64,000 bases of DNA from Alphaproteobacteria bacterium (GTDB lineage Bacteria; Pseudomonadota; Alphaproteobacteria; MPNO01), in the NCBI GenBank assembly GCA_964291675.2, contig OZ219866.1, positions 1,536,001 to 1,600,000 of the forward strand, written 5' to 3'. Of the stretch, positions 1-10,839 are shown piece after piece. A program made the position numbers and the translations under genes. The notes below the pieces were generated by a model. It worked only from the letters and a program-made list of their open reading frames with translations. It was not told the origin of the DNA and did no database searches. How positions within the stretch are numbered: position 1 is the first letter of the stretch; each line of letters starts with the position of its first letter.

Positions 1-54
1 GGGCGGGGCGGGCCGCCCCCGGCTCCCGTGCTCCTCCACCGCCACCCCCACCCC

Positions 55-389
55 GTCATGGCCGGACTTGATCCGGCCACCCATGCGCGGACTTGATCCG
101 CGCAACCACTGGCGCCACCGGTACAACGCCCCGTCGGAAGGAGCGGCGGCGCCAGTGGATGCCCGGATCAAGTCCGGGCATGACGATGGGGGGAGGCATG
201 GTGATGGGGCGGGGAACGCCGGGCGCGACCCGCGTCGAAGGCTAAACCGGACAGCAGTGGACTCGATCCGGCCATCCATGGGCGGTGCATGGAGAACCGG
301 GTGCGGCCCGCCCCCATCGCCATCCCTCCAGACGGATCGCCGTGCGTGGCGAGGGCCGCATGGATGGCCGGATCAAGTCCGGCCATGAC
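55..389. repeat. Cluster of REP-like palindromic units (GTCATGGCCGGACTTGATCCGGCCA-type)
   Basis: 55-83 and 361-389 are reverse complements with 1 mismatch. Further related half-units at ~86-109, 155-184 and ~259-280. Confidence 0.85.
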
Positions 390-414
390 GTGTGAAGAGG
401 CACGGAGTCGAAAG

Positions 415-522
415 GCGACGATCTCGTCCATCGGGTCACCGCGTCCTGACAGATATGCGATGGCGGCGCGCAGCAGCGCTTCCGAACGCATTCTGCCGAC
501 GCATGGGCTCTTGAACGCCGGA
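415..522 (-). pseudogene. Possible C-terminal remnant of a DUF5615/PIN-like toxin
   Basis: Reads ..PCVGRMRSEALLRAAIAYLSGRGDPMDEIV directly downstream of the DUF433 gene, where its usual partner sits. No N-terminal PIN part is visible. Confidence 0.35.
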
Positions 523-524
523 AT

Positions 525-1115
525 TCAGGCGGCGGTTCGCCAGGGCCTGCCGGACGGGCGTCCGCGAAGCGGATGAGCCCTGGCATAGAGTTCGGCGGCT
601 GCGAAAGCCTCGCCTGGAACCTCCGGATAGTCGGCCGCAAGGTCGCCCAGCGTGTCGCCGTCCCGCAACCGTCCGAGGATCGCATAAACCGTCAACCGCG
701 TTCCCGCGATCACCGGCGTCCCGCCCAGGATGTCGGGATCGGACGCAATGTACCGGTCGCGCGCATCCCGGTATCGCTCCGCGGCGCGCAGCGCCTCCCC
801 CGAGAGCCGTCGCAGGTCGAGCGTCGCTCCGCGGGCGAATTCGACGGTCCCGAGGCGCTTGGGTTCCAGCCGCGCCAGGCGGATCCAGATGGCCCGCTTG
901 TGGCGCAATGGGAGGTCCGTGAGGCTCGCGGCTTCGAGCGAGTGAAAATAGGCGACGGCCCGGATCGGCAAGAATCGCGTCGCCCCGCCGCGAAAGCGGG
1001 GCGGGGCGGTCACGGCCCGCAAGATCCCCGCTTGCAGCGCTTTCTCTACCGTCGCCTTCGGCACCCGTGACAGGGCGGCGGTCTCCCGAACGGTCAAGTC
1101 GGCGGCGGGTTGCAT
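525..1115 (-). CDS. DUF433-domain protein (putative antitoxin) with N-terminal HTH-like region
   Basis: Motif SDPDILGGTPVIAGTRLTVYAILGRL..DYPEV; ATG at 1115. Confidence 0.8.
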   Translation of the reverse strand: MQPAADLTVRETAALSRVPKATVEKALQAGILRAVTAPPRFRGGATRFLPIRAVAYFHSLEAASLTDLPLRHKRAIWIRLARLEPKRLGTVEFARGATLDLRRLSGEALRAAERYRDARDRYIASDPDILGGTPVIAGTRLTVYAILGRLRDGDTLGDLAADYPEVPGEAFAAAELYARAHPLRGRPSGRPWRTAA

Positions 1116-1249
1116 TAATCGTTTCCCATCAGATACGAATATAATTCCGGCGACCGGGACGGCAAGGTCGTGCGGCGCGAGGTCGAACGGTCTTGCCTTG
1201 CCGCCTCGCCGCGGGGACAATCCGCGGAGGCTTGGGATGGGGCGGAGCG

Positions 1250-2065
1250 ATGGCCACGGTCCTGGAAGACAGACATATCAGCGACGAGGAGCGGGCGGCG
1301 TGGCGGCGCGACGGGGCGCTCCGCCTGCGCGGCGTGGTGGCGCCGGAGTGGCTCGAGCTGCTCGCCGAGGGGATGGCCGCCGCGATCGCCGAGCCGAGCG
1401 AGGTCGCCAAGGATTACGGCGAGGGCGAGAGCCGGTTCCACACCGACCACGGCATGTTCCTGCGCTTCGAGCAGTTCCGCCGCTTCATGCACGAATCGCC
1501 GATGGCAAGACTCGCCGCCGAGCTGATGGGGGCGAGCCGGATCAATCTCTATGACGAGCATCTGCTGATCAAGGAGCCCGGCACCGACACGCCCACCTGG
1601 TGGCATCACGACTTGCCCTATTTCCGCATCAAGGGCTCGCAGATCTGCAGCTTCTGGGTGCCGCTGGACCCGGTGACGGAGGAAACGGGCTCGCTCCGCT
1701 TCGCGGTCGGCTCGCACGCCTGGGGCAAGTTGTTCCGCCCGGTCAGGATCGGCCGCGGCGATTTCGTGCCCGAGACCGAGCAGTTCGACGACACGGTGCC
1801 CGACATCGACGGCGATCCCGAGCGCTACCCCACGGTCTGCTTCGACCTCGACCCGGGCGACGTGGCGGTGTTCCACGGCGCGACCCTGCACGCGGCCAAC
1901 GGCAACCCGTTGCCGACGCCGCGCCGCGCGGTCTCGCTCCGCTTCTGCGGCGACGACATCACCTGGAATCCGGGGCGCTACTCGCCGACCTTCTACGACG
2001 CGCCGCATCTCGTCGAAGGCGGGCCGATCGACGCCGAGATCTTTCCGAGACTCTGGACCCGTTGA
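1250..2065 (+). CDS. Phytanoyl-CoA dioxygenase (PhyH) family Fe/2OG oxygenase
   Basis: WHHD (HxD), WVPLD, GDVAVFH..TLH..N..RR motifs. Confidence 0.85.
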   Translation: MATVLEDRHISDEERAAWRRDGALRLRGVVAPEWLELLAEGMAAAIAEPSEVAKDYGEGESRFHTDHGMFLRFEQFRRFMHESPMARLAAELMGASRINLYDEHLLIKEPGTDTPTWWHHDLPYFRIKGSQICSFWVPLDPVTEETGSLRFAVGSHAWGKLFRPVRIGRGDFVPETEQFDDTVPDIDGDPERYPTVCFDLDPGDVAVFHGATLHAANGNPLPTPRRAVSLRFCGDDITWNPGRYSPTFYDAPHLVEGGPIDAEIFPRLWTR

Positions 2066-2078
2066 CCGGCCCGCGGAG

Positions 2079-2939
2079 TCACGGCCAGGCGACGACGGGC
2101 GGCAGCGACATCAGGATCGCCTCCACGTTGCCGCCGGTCTTCAGGCCGAACTCGGTGCCCCGGTCGTAGAGCAGGTTGAACTCGACATAGCGCCCGCGCC
2201 GGATGAGCTGATGGGCGCGCTGCGCCTCGGTCCAGGGCGCGGCCATGCGCTCGCGGACGATTTTGGGATAGCTCTCCAGAACCGCGCAGCCCACGTCCCG
2301 GGTGAAGGCGAAATCGGCCTCCCAGTCGCCGCTCGCCAGATTGTCGTAGAAAATGCCGCCGGCGCCGCGCGGCTCGTCCCGGTGGGGCAGGAAGAAATAC
2401 TCGTCGCAGGCCTGCCTGTAGGTTGCGTAGCGGCCGGGATCGTAGGGGTCGCAGGCGGCCTTGAGCGCGGCGTGGAAGGCGGCCGCCGCGTCCTCGTCCG
2501 GGTAGATCGGGGTCAGGTCGCCGCCGCCGCCGAACCAGGCCTTGGCGGTGACGATGAAGCGCGTGTTCATGTGCATCGCCGGCACCAAGGGCGAGCGCGG
2601 ATGGGCGACCAGCGAGATGCCGCTCGCCCAGAAGCTGGGATCGTCCTCCGCGCCCGGGATGCGATGCTGGAACTGGGCCGAGAAGCGGCCGTGGACGGTG
2701 GAGAAATTGACCCCCATTTTCTCGAACACGCGGCCCTTCATGATCGACATCTCGCCGCCGCCGCCATCCGAGCCGTCCTCGGTCGGCCGCCGCCAGGTGC
2801 TGCGTTCGAACCGCCCGGGCGGGCCGGGCCCGTGCGCGTGCTCGTCCTCCAGCGCTTCGAAGGCGGCGCGGAAACGGTCGCGCAGGGTGCGGAACCATGC
2901 CGCCGCGCGCTGCTGCCTGTCCGCGACCGTCATCGCCAC
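2079..2939 (-). CDS. hemF: Oxygen-dependent coproporphyrinogen III oxidase
   Basis: [43 protein letters not shown]. Confidence 0.97.
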   Translation of the reverse strand: MAMTVADRQQRAAAWFRTLRDRFRAAFEALEDEHAHGPGPPGRFERSTWRRPTEDGSDGGGGEMSIMKGRVFEKMGVNFSTVHGRFSAQFQHRIPGAEDDPSFWASGISLVAHPRSPLVPAMHMNTRFIVTAKAWFGGGGDLTPIYPDEDAAAAFHAALKAACDPYDPGRYATYRQACDEYFFLPHRDEPRGAGGIFYDNLASGDWEADFAFTRDVGCAVLESYPKIVRERMAAPWTEAQRAHQLIRRGRYVEFNLLYDRGTEFGLKTGGNVEAILMSLPPVVAWP

Positions 2940-3133
2940 CTGGGTCCTTGATTCGGAGACGGATTCGATTATACCCGTTGCCCTGCCCGTTGCGCGATCC
3001 GGGCGGCGGGCAGCGGTTCCGGAGGCGGCCGCGCGGCCGCATTCCCGGGCAGCGTTGCGGCGCGCGCCGGCGGCGGCTAGTTTTCGCCGCTGCGGACCGT
3101 AACGTATCTTCCTGCCTGCCGAGAGGTTGCTCC

Positions 3134-3685
3134 ATGGCGGATTCCGAGGACACCAGGGCCGGCGACGGCCACGGCGAGACGCGCCGCGATTTTCTCTATC
3201 TGGCGACCGGCGCGTTCGGCGCGGCGGGCAGCGCGGTCGCGCTGTGGCCGCTGATCCACCAGATGAGCCCGGCCAAGGACACGCTGGCGCTGGCGACCAC
3301 CGAGGTCGACCTGTCGCCGATCGAGGTGGGGCAGAGCATCACCGTGGTGTGGCGCGGCAAGCCGGTCTTCGTGCGCCGGCGCACCGAGGCCGAGATCGAG
3401 CAGGCCGAGACGGTGGCGCTCGACGACCTGCCCGATCCCCAGCCGGACGGTCAGCGGACCAAGAAGCCCGAATGGCTGATCGTGGTCGGCGTCTGCACCC
3501 ATCTCGGCTGCATCCCCAAGGGGCAGGCGACGGGCGACAGGAAGGGCGATTTCGGCGGCTGGTTCTGCCCCTGCCACGGCTCGCACTACGACACCTCGGG
3601 ACGCATCCGCAAGGGGCCCGCGCCGGAGAACCTGGCGGTGCCGTCCTACGAGTTCCTGTCCGACAGCCTCGTGCGCATCGGCTAG
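3134..3685 (+). CDS. petA: Ubiquinol-cytochrome c reductase Rieske Fe-S subunit
   Basis: Tat motif TRRDFL; CTHLGC and CPCHGS boxes. Confidence 0.97.
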   Translation: MADSEDTRAGDGHGETRRDFLYLATGAFGAAGSAVALWPLIHQMSPAKDTLALATTEVDLSPIEVGQSITVVWRGKPVFVRRRTEAEIEQAETVALDDLPDPQPDGQRTKKPEWLIVVGVCTHLGCIPKGQATGDRKGDFGGWFCPCHGSHYDTSGRIRKGPAPENLAVPSYEFLSDSLVRIG

Positions 3686-3697
3686 GGGGGAAAGTCC

Positions 3698-4978
3698 ATG
3701 CCGCAGCCCTGGATGAAGAACCGCCTGGTCCAGTGGATCGACTACCGCCTGCCGATGTTCTCCTTCGCCGAGAAGGAGCTGATCGACTACCCGACGCCGC
3801 GCAATCTCAGCTACTGGTGGAATTTCGGCTCGCTCGCCGGGATCGTGCTGGTCATCATGATCGTGACCGGCATCGTGCTGGCGATGCACTACACGCCGCA
3901 TGTCGATCACGCCTTCGACAGCGTCGAGCGCATCATGCGCGACGTGAACTATGGCTGGTTGATCCGCTACATCCACACCAACGGCGGATCGGCCTTCTTC
4001 GCCATCGTCTACATCCACATCTTCCGCGGGCTGTACTACGGCTCCTACAAGTCGCCGCGCGAGATCCTGTGGATCCTGGGCGTGGTCATCCTGCTCTGCA
4101 TGATGGCCACCGCGTTCATGGGCTACGTGCTGCCCTGGGGCCAGATGAGCTTCTGGGGCGCGACGGTGATCACCAACTTCTTCTCGGCGATACCCATCGT
4201 CGGCGACACCATCGTGACCTGGCTGTGGGGCGGCTTCACGGTCGACAACCCGACGCTGAACCGGTTCTACAGCCTGCACTATCTGATGCCCTTCGTGATC
4301 GTCGGCGTGGTCGCCCTGCACCTGGTCGCGCTGCACCAGCACGGCTCGAACAACCCGCTCGGCATCGACGCCAAGGGGCCGCAGGACAAGATCCCGTTCC
4401 ACCCCTACTACACCGTCAAGGACATGTTCGGGCTGAGCGCGTTCCTGACGATCTTCGCGGGCTTCGTGTTCTTCGCGCCCAACTTCTTCGGCGAGCCCGA
4501 GAACTACATCCCGGCCGACCCGCTGCTGACGCCGCCGCATATCGTGCCCGAATGGTACTTCCTGCCGTTCTACGCGATCCTGCGCGCCATCACCTTCGAC
4601 ATCTGGTTCCTGTCGGCCAAGCTGCTCGGCGTGGTGGCGATGTTCGGCTCCGTCCTGGTGCTGTTCATCGTCCCCTGGCTCGACCGCTCGCCGGTGCGCA
4701 GCGCGCGCTACCGGCCGATCTACAAGCAGCTCTTCTGGGTGCTGGTGATCGACTGCCTGGTGCTGGGCTGGGTCGGCGGCAACCCGCCCGAGGGCATGTT
4801 CGTGATCATCGGCCAGATCGCGACGCTCTACTACTTCGCCCATTTCCTGATCCTGATGCCGCTGCTCTCGGTGATCGAGACGCCGCGCCCGCTGCCGACC
4901 AGCATCGCCGAGCCGGTGCTGGGGGGAAGCGCCGGGCCGCCGGCGGCGGCGCCGCAGCCGATGGAGAAGGCGCAATGA
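3698..4978 (+). CDS. petB: Cytochrome b
   Basis: [29 protein letters not shown] motif. Confidence 0.98.
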   Translation: MPQPWMKNRLVQWIDYRLPMFSFAEKELIDYPTPRNLSYWWNFGSLAGIVLVIMIVTGIVLAMHYTPHVDHAFDSVERIMRDVNYGWLIRYIHTNGGSAFFAIVYIHIFRGLYYGSYKSPREILWILGVVILLCMMATAFMGYVLPWGQMSFWGATVITNFFSAIPIVGDTIVTWLWGGFTVDNPTLNRFYSLHYLMPFVIVGVVALHLVALHQHGSNNPLGIDAKGPQDKIPFHPYYTVKDMFGLSAFLTIFAGFVFFAPNFFGEPENYIPADPLLTPPHIVPEWYFLPFYAILRAITFDIWFLSAKLLGVVAMFGSVLVLFIVPWLDRSPVRSARYRPIYKQLFWVLVIDCLVLGWVGGNPPEGMFVIIGQIATLYYFAHFLILMPLLSVIETPRPLPTSIAEPVLGGSAGPPAAAPQPMEKAQ

Positions 4979-5739
4979 GGCGGACCGTCGGAGCCATCCT
5001 CGCCGCGCTCGCGCTGGCCGGCGCGAGCCCGGCCGCCACCGCCGCCGATGCCGTCGCCCCGCCGAGCATGAAGTGGACCTTTGACGGGCTGTTCGGGTCC
5101 TTCGACCGGGCGGCGCTGAGGCGCGGCTTCCAGGTCTACACCGAGGTCTGCGCGGTCTGCCATTCGCTGCGCCTCGTCCACTACCGCAATCTGACCGAGA
5201 TCGGCTTCTCCGAGGATCAGGTGAAGGCGATCGCCGCCGAGGTCGAGGTCGCCGACGGCCCCGACGCCGAGGGCGAGATGTTCGACCGCCCCGCCCGGCC
5301 GAGCGACCGCTTCGTCTCGCCGTTTCCCAACGACAACGCCGCGCGCGCGGCCAATAACGGCGCGCTCCCGCCCGATCTGTCGCTGGTGGCCAAGTCGCGC
5401 ATCGGCGGCGCCGACTACCTCTACGGGCTGATGGTCGGCTACCGGGAAGCGCCGGCGGAGATGGAGATGTCCGAGGGCATGGAATACAACGCCTATTTCC
5501 CGGGCCATCAGATCGCCATGCCGGCGCCGCTGAGCGAGGATTTGGTGGAATACGCCGACGGCACCGAGGCGACGGTGAACCAGATGGCGAAGGACGTGAC
5601 CAACTTCCTCGTCTGGACCGCCGAGCCCGAGCTCGAGGAGCGCAAGCGCATGGGCGTCAAGATCGTGCTCTTCCTGATCCTGCTCACCGGCATGCTGTAC
5701 GCGGTCAAGCGCGCGATCTGGTCCGACGTTCCGCATTGA
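4975..5739 (+). CDS. petC: Cytochrome c1
   Basis: Signal peptide, CAVCH heme motif, PPDLS, C-terminal TM helix; ATGA overlap with petB. Confidence 0.97.
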   Translation: MRRTVGAILAALALAGASPAATAADAVAPPSMKWTFDGLFGSFDRAALRRGFQVYTEVCAVCHSLRLVHYRNLTEIGFSEDQVKAIAAEVEVADGPDAEGEMFDRPARPSDRFVSPFPNDNAARAANNGALPPDLSLVAKSRIGGADYLYGLMVGYREAPAEMEMSEGMEYNAYFPGHQIAMPAPLSEDLVEYADGTEATVNQMAKDVTNFLVWTAEPELEERKRMGVKIVLFLILLTGMLYAVKRAIWSDVPH

Positions 5740-5781
5740 GCCCGCATTGTGGGGGCCGCCGCCCCAGGGGGGAGAGACGCC

Positions 5782-6669
5782 ATGGCGGAGCCCGGAACGC
5801 CACCGGTTATCGGCATCGTCGGCGGCAGCGGGCTCTACGATATCGACGGGCTGACCGACCGGCGCCGGGAGGCGGTGGACACGCCCTTCGGCGCGCCGTC
5901 CGACGAGATCCTGCTGGGCACGCTCGGCGGGCAGGCGCTCGCCTTCCTGCCGCGCCACGGGCGGGGCCACGCGACGCCGCCGGGCGAGATCAACTTCCGC
6001 GCCAATATCGATGCGCTCAAGCGCGTCGGCGCGACCGAGATCCTGTCGCTGAGCGCCGTCGGCAGTCTCGACGAGGCGCTGGCGCCGGGCACCTTCGTGC
6101 TGGTCGACCAGTTCATCGACCGTACCTTCCGGCGCATCAAGACCTTCTTCGGGACCGGGCTTGTGGCGCATGTGTCGATGGCCGACCCGGTCTGCCCCCG
6201 GCTCGGCGACGCGCTGGAAGAGGCCGCGTCCGGAATCGGCATCGAGACCGTGCGCGGCGGCACCTATGTGGCGATCGACGGCCCGCAATTCTCCAGCCGG
6301 GCCGAGTCCGAGCTCTACCGCTCCTGGGGCGCCGACGTCATCGGCATGACCAACATGCCGGAGGCCAAGCTCGCCCGCGAGGCCGAGATGTGCTACGCGA
6401 CCGTGGCGATGGTCACCGACTACGATTGCTGGCATCCGGGCCATGACGACGTGACGGTGGAGGCGGTGATCGAGGTGCTGCAGGCGAACGCGGCGCGCGC
6501 CCGGCGGCTCGTCGAAGCGGCGGTGCCGCTGCTGGCCGGGCGCGACGCGGCCTGCCCGGCAGGCTGCCATACGGTGCTCGACACCGCGCTGATCACCCCG
6601 CCGGGCGCGCGCGACCCCGGGCTCGCGGCGAGGCTCGACGCGGTGGCGGGGCGCGTGCTCCGGCAATGA
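5782..6669 (+). CDS. mtnP: S-methyl-5'-thioadenosine phosphorylase
   Basis: IGIVGGSG, PRHGRGH, GPQFSSRAES, IGMT, TDYDCWH. Confidence 0.95.
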   Translation: MAEPGTPPVIGIVGGSGLYDIDGLTDRRREAVDTPFGAPSDEILLGTLGGQALAFLPRHGRGHATPPGEINFRANIDALKRVGATEILSLSAVGSLDEALAPGTFVLVDQFIDRTFRRIKTFFGTGLVAHVSMADPVCPRLGDALEEAASGIGIETVRGGTYVAIDGPQFSSRAESELYRSWGADVIGMTNMPEAKLAREAEMCYATVAMVTDYDCWHPGHDDVTVEAVIEVLQANAARARRLVEAAVPLLAGRDAACPAGCHTVLDTALITPPGARDPGLAARLDAVAGRVLRQ

Positions 6670-7766
6670 AGGTCGACGGGGTCCCCCGGCGGTCGATCCA
6701 GCTCGCGGCCGACGGCAAGACCGTCGAGATCGTCGACCAGACCCTCCTGCCGCACCGCTTCGAGATCGCGCGGCTGTCCACGCTGGAGGACGCGGCGGCG
6801 GCGATAAGCGACATGAAGGTGCGCGGCGCGCCGCTGATCGGCGCCACCGCGGCCTACGGGCTCTGCCTCGCCGTCCGCCGCGACCCGTCCAGGGGCTCGG
6901 TCGAGGCCGCCTGTTCGACGCTTCTCGCGACCCGCCCGACGGCGGTCAATCTGCGCTGGGCGCTCGACGGCATGAAGTCCCGCATCCTCGCCGTCGACGC
7001 GGCGAAGCGGGCCGATGCGGCCTATGCGCGCGCGGCCGAGATCTGCGACGAGGACGTGGCGATCAACCGGGCGATCGGCGAGAACGGGGCGGAGCTGCTG
7101 CGCGACACCGCGGCGCGCCGCGCGGGACCGGTCAACGTGCTAACCCACTGCAACGCCGGCTGGCTCGCCACCGTCGACGGCGGCACCGCGCTCGCCCCGA
7201 TCTACCGCGCCCACGATGCCGGCGTCGAGCTCCATGTCTGGGTGGACGAGACCCGGCCGCGCAACCAGGGCGCCGGGCTGACCGCCTGGGAGCTCGCCGC
7301 CCACGGCGTGCCGCACACCGTGATCGTCGACAACGCGGGCGGCCATCTGATGCAGGACGGCAGGGTCGATCTCTGCATCACCGGCACCGACCGGACCTGC
7401 GCCAACGGCGACGTGTGCAACAAGATCGGCACCTATCTGAAGGCGCTCGCCGCCTCCGACAACGAAATCCCGTTCTACGTCGCCCTGCCCGGCCCGACCA
7501 TCGACTGGACGGCCGAGAGCGGCGCCGACCTGCCGATCGAGGAGCGCGCCGGGGCGGAGGTCGCGACCGCGACCGGCGAGACCGAGGCGGGCGAGATCCG
7601 CACCGTCCGCCTGACGCCGGCGGCAAGCCCGGTCTTCAACCCGGGCTTCGACGTGACCCCGGCACGGTTGGTGACCGCGCTGATCACCGAGCGCGGCGTC
7701 GCCGAGGCGTCGGCGCAAGGCCTGCTCGCGCTCTACCCGGAGCGGCGGCGGGCACAGGCGGGGTAG
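6666..7766 (+). CDS. mtnA: Methylthioribose-1-phosphate isomerase
   Basis: VRGAPLIG, TRPTAVNL, LTHCNAGWLAT, DETRPRNQG, NKIGTY, FDVTP. Confidence 0.96.
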   Translation: MKVDGVPRRSIQLAADGKTVEIVDQTLLPHRFEIARLSTLEDAAAAISDMKVRGAPLIGATAAYGLCLAVRRDPSRGSVEAACSTLLATRPTAVNLRWALDGMKSRILAVDAAKRADAAYARAAEICDEDVAINRAIGENGAELLRDTAARRAGPVNVLTHCNAGWLATVDGGTALAPIYRAHDAGVELHVWVDETRPRNQGAGLTAWELAAHGVPHTVIVDNAGGHLMQDGRVDLCITGTDRTCANGDVCNKIGTYLKALAASDNEIPFYVALPGPTIDWTAESGADLPIEERAGAEVATATGETEAGEIRTVRLTPAASPVFNPGFDVTPARLVTALITERGVAEASAQGLLALYPERRRAQAG

Positions 7767-7772
7767 GCGGAG

Positions 7773-9803
7773 ATGCACAGCCTCTATTCGGCGCGCGATG
7801 CCGCCCGCACGGTCTCGCGCTACGCGGCCGGGGGCGTCCCGGAGGACGTGGCGCTCCGGGTCTACACCACGAGGCTCTTGGGCGGCGATCCCGCGCTGGT
7901 GCTGCATGGCGGCGGCAACACCTCGGTCAAGACCGCGATGACCGATCTGCTCGGCGAGACGGCCGACGTGCTGTGCGTCAAGGGCTCGGGCTGGGACATG
8001 GCCGATATCGAGCCCGCGGGCCTGCCCGCGGTCCGGCTCGAGCCGCTGCGCCGCCTCGCCGCGCTGGACCGGCTCGGCGACGAGGAGATGGTGGATTTCC
8101 AGCGCGTCAACCTGCTCGACCCGCGCGCGCCCAACCCGTCGACGGAGACTTTGCTGCACGCCTTCCTGCCGCACAAATTCGTCGACCACACGCATGCCGA
8201 CGCGGTGCTCGCGCTCACCGATCAGCCCGACGGCGAGGCGATCTGCCGCGAGGTCTATGGCGGGACGATGGGGCTGGTGCCCTATGTCATGCCGGGCTTC
8301 GCGCTTGCCAGGGCCTGCGCCGCGGCCCACGCCGAGGACCCGTCGGTCGAGGGGCTGATCCTGCTCAAGCACGGCGTGTTCACCTTCGGCGCGACCGCCG
8401 AGGAGGCCTATGAGCGGATGATCGCCACGGCCGACAGGGCCGAAGCGCATGTCGCGCGGCGCCGCGCGAGCGTGCCGGTACCGCGCGTCGCAGCCACCGG
8501 GCCGGACGTGCCGGCCGCCGCGGTCGCGCCCATCCTGCGCGGGCTTGCGAGCGGCGCCGGCCGGCTCGTGCTCGACTTCCGCGGCGGCCCCGAGGTGCGC
8601 GCCTTGGTGGATCGCGAGGGGCTCGAACGCGCGACCTCGGGCCCGGTCACGCCCGACCACGCGATCCGCACCAAGCCGCTTCCGCTGATCCTGGCGCCGC
8701 CCCGGAAGGGCGCGCTGGACGCCTTCGCGCGCGACGCCAGGGCGGCGATGGACGGCTTCGTCGGCAATTACCAGGCCTATTTCGCGCGCAACAACGCCCG
8801 CCAGGCGGCGCCCAAGCGGGCGCTCGACCCCTACCCAAGGGTGATCCTGGTCCCCGGGCTCGGGCTGTTCGGCCTCGGCGCCTCGTCGCGCGCCGCCGCC
8901 ATCGCCGCCGACCTCGCCGAGACCACGGCGCGGGTGATCGCCCAAGCCGAGTCCATCGGCCGGTTCGAGAGCATCTCCGAGGCCGACGTCTTCGATATCG
9001 AGTACTGGTCGCTGGAGCAGGCGAAGCTCGGCAAGGCGGCGGAGAAGCCGCTCGCCCGCCATGTCGTCGCGGTGACCGGCGGCGCGTCGGGGATCGGCCG
9101 GGCGACGGCGGAAGCGTTCGCCGGCGCGGGGGCGGAGGTTGCGATCCTCGACCGCGACCGCGCGGCGGCGGAAGCGGCCGCGGCGGCGCTCGGCGCGCGC
9201 GCCGTCGCCTGCGACGTGACCGATGCCGCCTCGGTGACCGCGGCGTTCGATGCCGTGGCCGAATCCTTCGGCGGGCTCGACATCCTGGTCTCGAACGCAG
9301 GCGCCGCGTGGCAGGGCCGGATCGGCGAGGTCGACGAGGCGGCGATCCGCGAGAGCTTCGAGCTCAACTTCTACGGCCACCAGCGCGCCGCGCAGGCGGC
9401 GGTTCGCATCTTTCGGGCGCAGGGGCTGGGCGGCGTGCTGCTGTTCAACGCCTCCAAGCAGGCGGTCAACCCGGGCCCCGGTTTCGGACCCTACGGCCTC
9501 GCCAAGGCGGCGACGCTGTTCCTGATGCGGCAATACGCGCTCGACCACGGCGCCGAGGGCATTCGCGCCAACGCGGTCAACGCCGACCGCATCCGGAGCG
9601 GGCTGATGACCCGGGCGAGGATCGAGGAACGCGCCCGGGCGCGCGGCGTCTCGACCGAAGCGTACATGGCCGGCAACCTGCTCGGCCGCGAGGTGACGGC
9701 CGACGATGCCGCGCGCGCGTTCGTCGACCTCGCGCTGGCCGAAAAGACCACCGGGGCGGTGCTCACCGTCGACGGCGGCAACATCGCCGCCGCGCTCAGA
9801 TAG
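7773..9803 (+). CDS. Bifunctional class II aldolase / short-chain dehydrogenase
   Basis: GGNTSVK, NPSTETLLH, DHTH, KHG (aldolase); TGGASGIG, NAG, YGLAK (SDR). Confidence 0.9.
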   Translation: MHSLYSARDAARTVSRYAAGGVPEDVALRVYTTRLLGGDPALVLHGGGNTSVKTAMTDLLGETADVLCVKGSGWDMADIEPAGLPAVRLEPLRRLAALDRLGDEEMVDFQRVNLLDPRAPNPSTETLLHAFLPHKFVDHTHADAVLALTDQPDGEAICREVYGGTMGLVPYVMPGFALARACAAAHAEDPSVEGLILLKHGVFTFGATAEEAYERMIATADRAEAHVARRRASVPVPRVAATGPDVPAAAVAPILRGLASGAGRLVLDFRGGPEVRALVDREGLERATSGPVTPDHAIRTKPLPLILAPPRKGALDAFARDARAAMDGFVGNYQAYFARNNARQAAPKRALDPYPRVILVPGLGLFGLGASSRAAAIAADLAETTARVIAQAESIGRFESISEADVFDIEYWSLEQAKLGKAAEKPLARHVVAVTGGASGIGRATAEAFAGAGAEVAILDRDRAAAEAAAAALGARAVACDVTDAASVTAAFDAVAESFGGLDILVSNAGAAWQGRIGEVDEAAIRESFELNFYGHQRAAQAAVRIFRAQGLGGVLLFNASKQAVNPGPGFGPYGLAKAATLFLMRQYALDHGAEGIRANAVNADRIRSGLMTRARIEERARARGVSTEAYMAGNLLGREVTADDAARAFVDLALAEKTTGAVLTVDGGNIAAALR

Positions 9804-9962
9804 CGCGCGCCGAGAAGGGAGGCTGGTATAGGGCGGCTGATGGGTTTTCCGGGCCAAGCAGCCTCGTCCCATTGCCCGCTTCGTGTCCTGCTGTCATCAT
9901 CGTCGAGAGGCGCCGCCGCGGATCAGGTCTATAGGCGCCCAGGCTCGCACGAGCGAAGGTCG

Positions 9963-10637
9963 ATGAGCGAGCAACAGTTGGTGGTAATCTTGGCCTCGTC
10001 CTCGGTCGCGGCCGCCGCTCTTGCCTTTCTTCTCAAGCTGGCGCGTGACTTCGTCGCCGACAAGAGTCGCCAGTCCGCCAGCCTGCGGATCGTGACCGTC
10101 TATGTCCGGCTCGCCGTCAAGGAGTGGGACCACGAGGACATGGACCCTGCTCGCGGGACGGAGCGCAGGGTTGTCAACCTATCGACGATCATCGAGAAGA
10201 TCCGGGAGCCCCGGCGCGAGGGCAGCGAACTGGACCCGTTTACACCCTATATCGCCTTCTCCGCGCATGACGACCTCAGCGTCTCGGAGGTGCGCGATTT
10301 CCTCGGATTCCTGGACAGCACGACTATCGAAAGTGTGGTGGACTTCATCCAAGCCGAAGCGCTGGTCCATGCGCTCGCCCAAGACCTGAGGAGCGAGTTC
10401 GTGCGGCGACAGTTTAGCCAAGAGAGAAAAATCGCCTTGGTGGAACTGATCAGCGACCGGACCGTCTACGCCTACGACGCTGGCCGGAAAGTCCTCCAGA
10501 CTCTCCGGCCCTACGAGACATGTCCTCGACTGCTGTGGTGCCTGCCCTTCGGCTTCCGCATCTGGCGACTGGGCCGCGCGGTCTGCCAAATGGTCCTCAA
10601 AACATCGGCAGGGTGCCGGGTCCGCAGGTGCTCATGA
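9963..10637 (+). CDS. Hypothetical protein with N-terminal TM segment
   Basis: Hydrophobic N-terminus; visibly less GC-biased than its neighbours. Confidence 0.55.
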   Translation: MSEQQLVVILASSSVAAAALAFLLKLARDFVADKSRQSASLRIVTVYVRLAVKEWDHEDMDPARGTERRVVNLSTIIEKIREPRREGSELDPFTPYIAFSAHDDLSVSEVRDFLGFLDSTTIESVVDFIQAEALVHALAQDLRSEFVRRQFSQERKIALVELISDRTVYAYDAGRKVLQTLRPYETCPRLLWCLPFGFRIWRLGRAVCQMVLKTSAGCRVRRCS

Positions 10638-10788
10638 CTGGCTCTCGACGTTGGCGCAAGCTTCATTGTCAATGTGGCCTCCACCGCCAAGACGGTCAAG
10701 CACCATCTCGCGGGCTGCGTCTCCCGCCGCGCCAGGAAGAGCAGAAAGGCGACGACAAGACCGAACCGGAAACGGTTTGACTTTCAAT

Positions 10789-10828
10789 TCCAGAAGAGCG
10801 CTGGGCGTGGACCCGGCGCTTTCTCTGG
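10789..10828. terminator. Hairpin between convergent genes
   Basis: CAGAAGAGCGCTGGG-CGTGGA-CCCGGCGCTTTCTCTG imperfect stem just past the 10840 stop. Confidence 0.5.
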
Positions 10829-10839
10829 GCGAACTGCCG

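Noticed and set aside
3127-5739. 870-aa ORF suggesting a large cytochrome c1 fusion
   Set aside because: Only 4975-5739 is c1; the rest is a shadow frame of petA/petB. Most other long R/G/P-rich ORFs in the track are likewise shadows.
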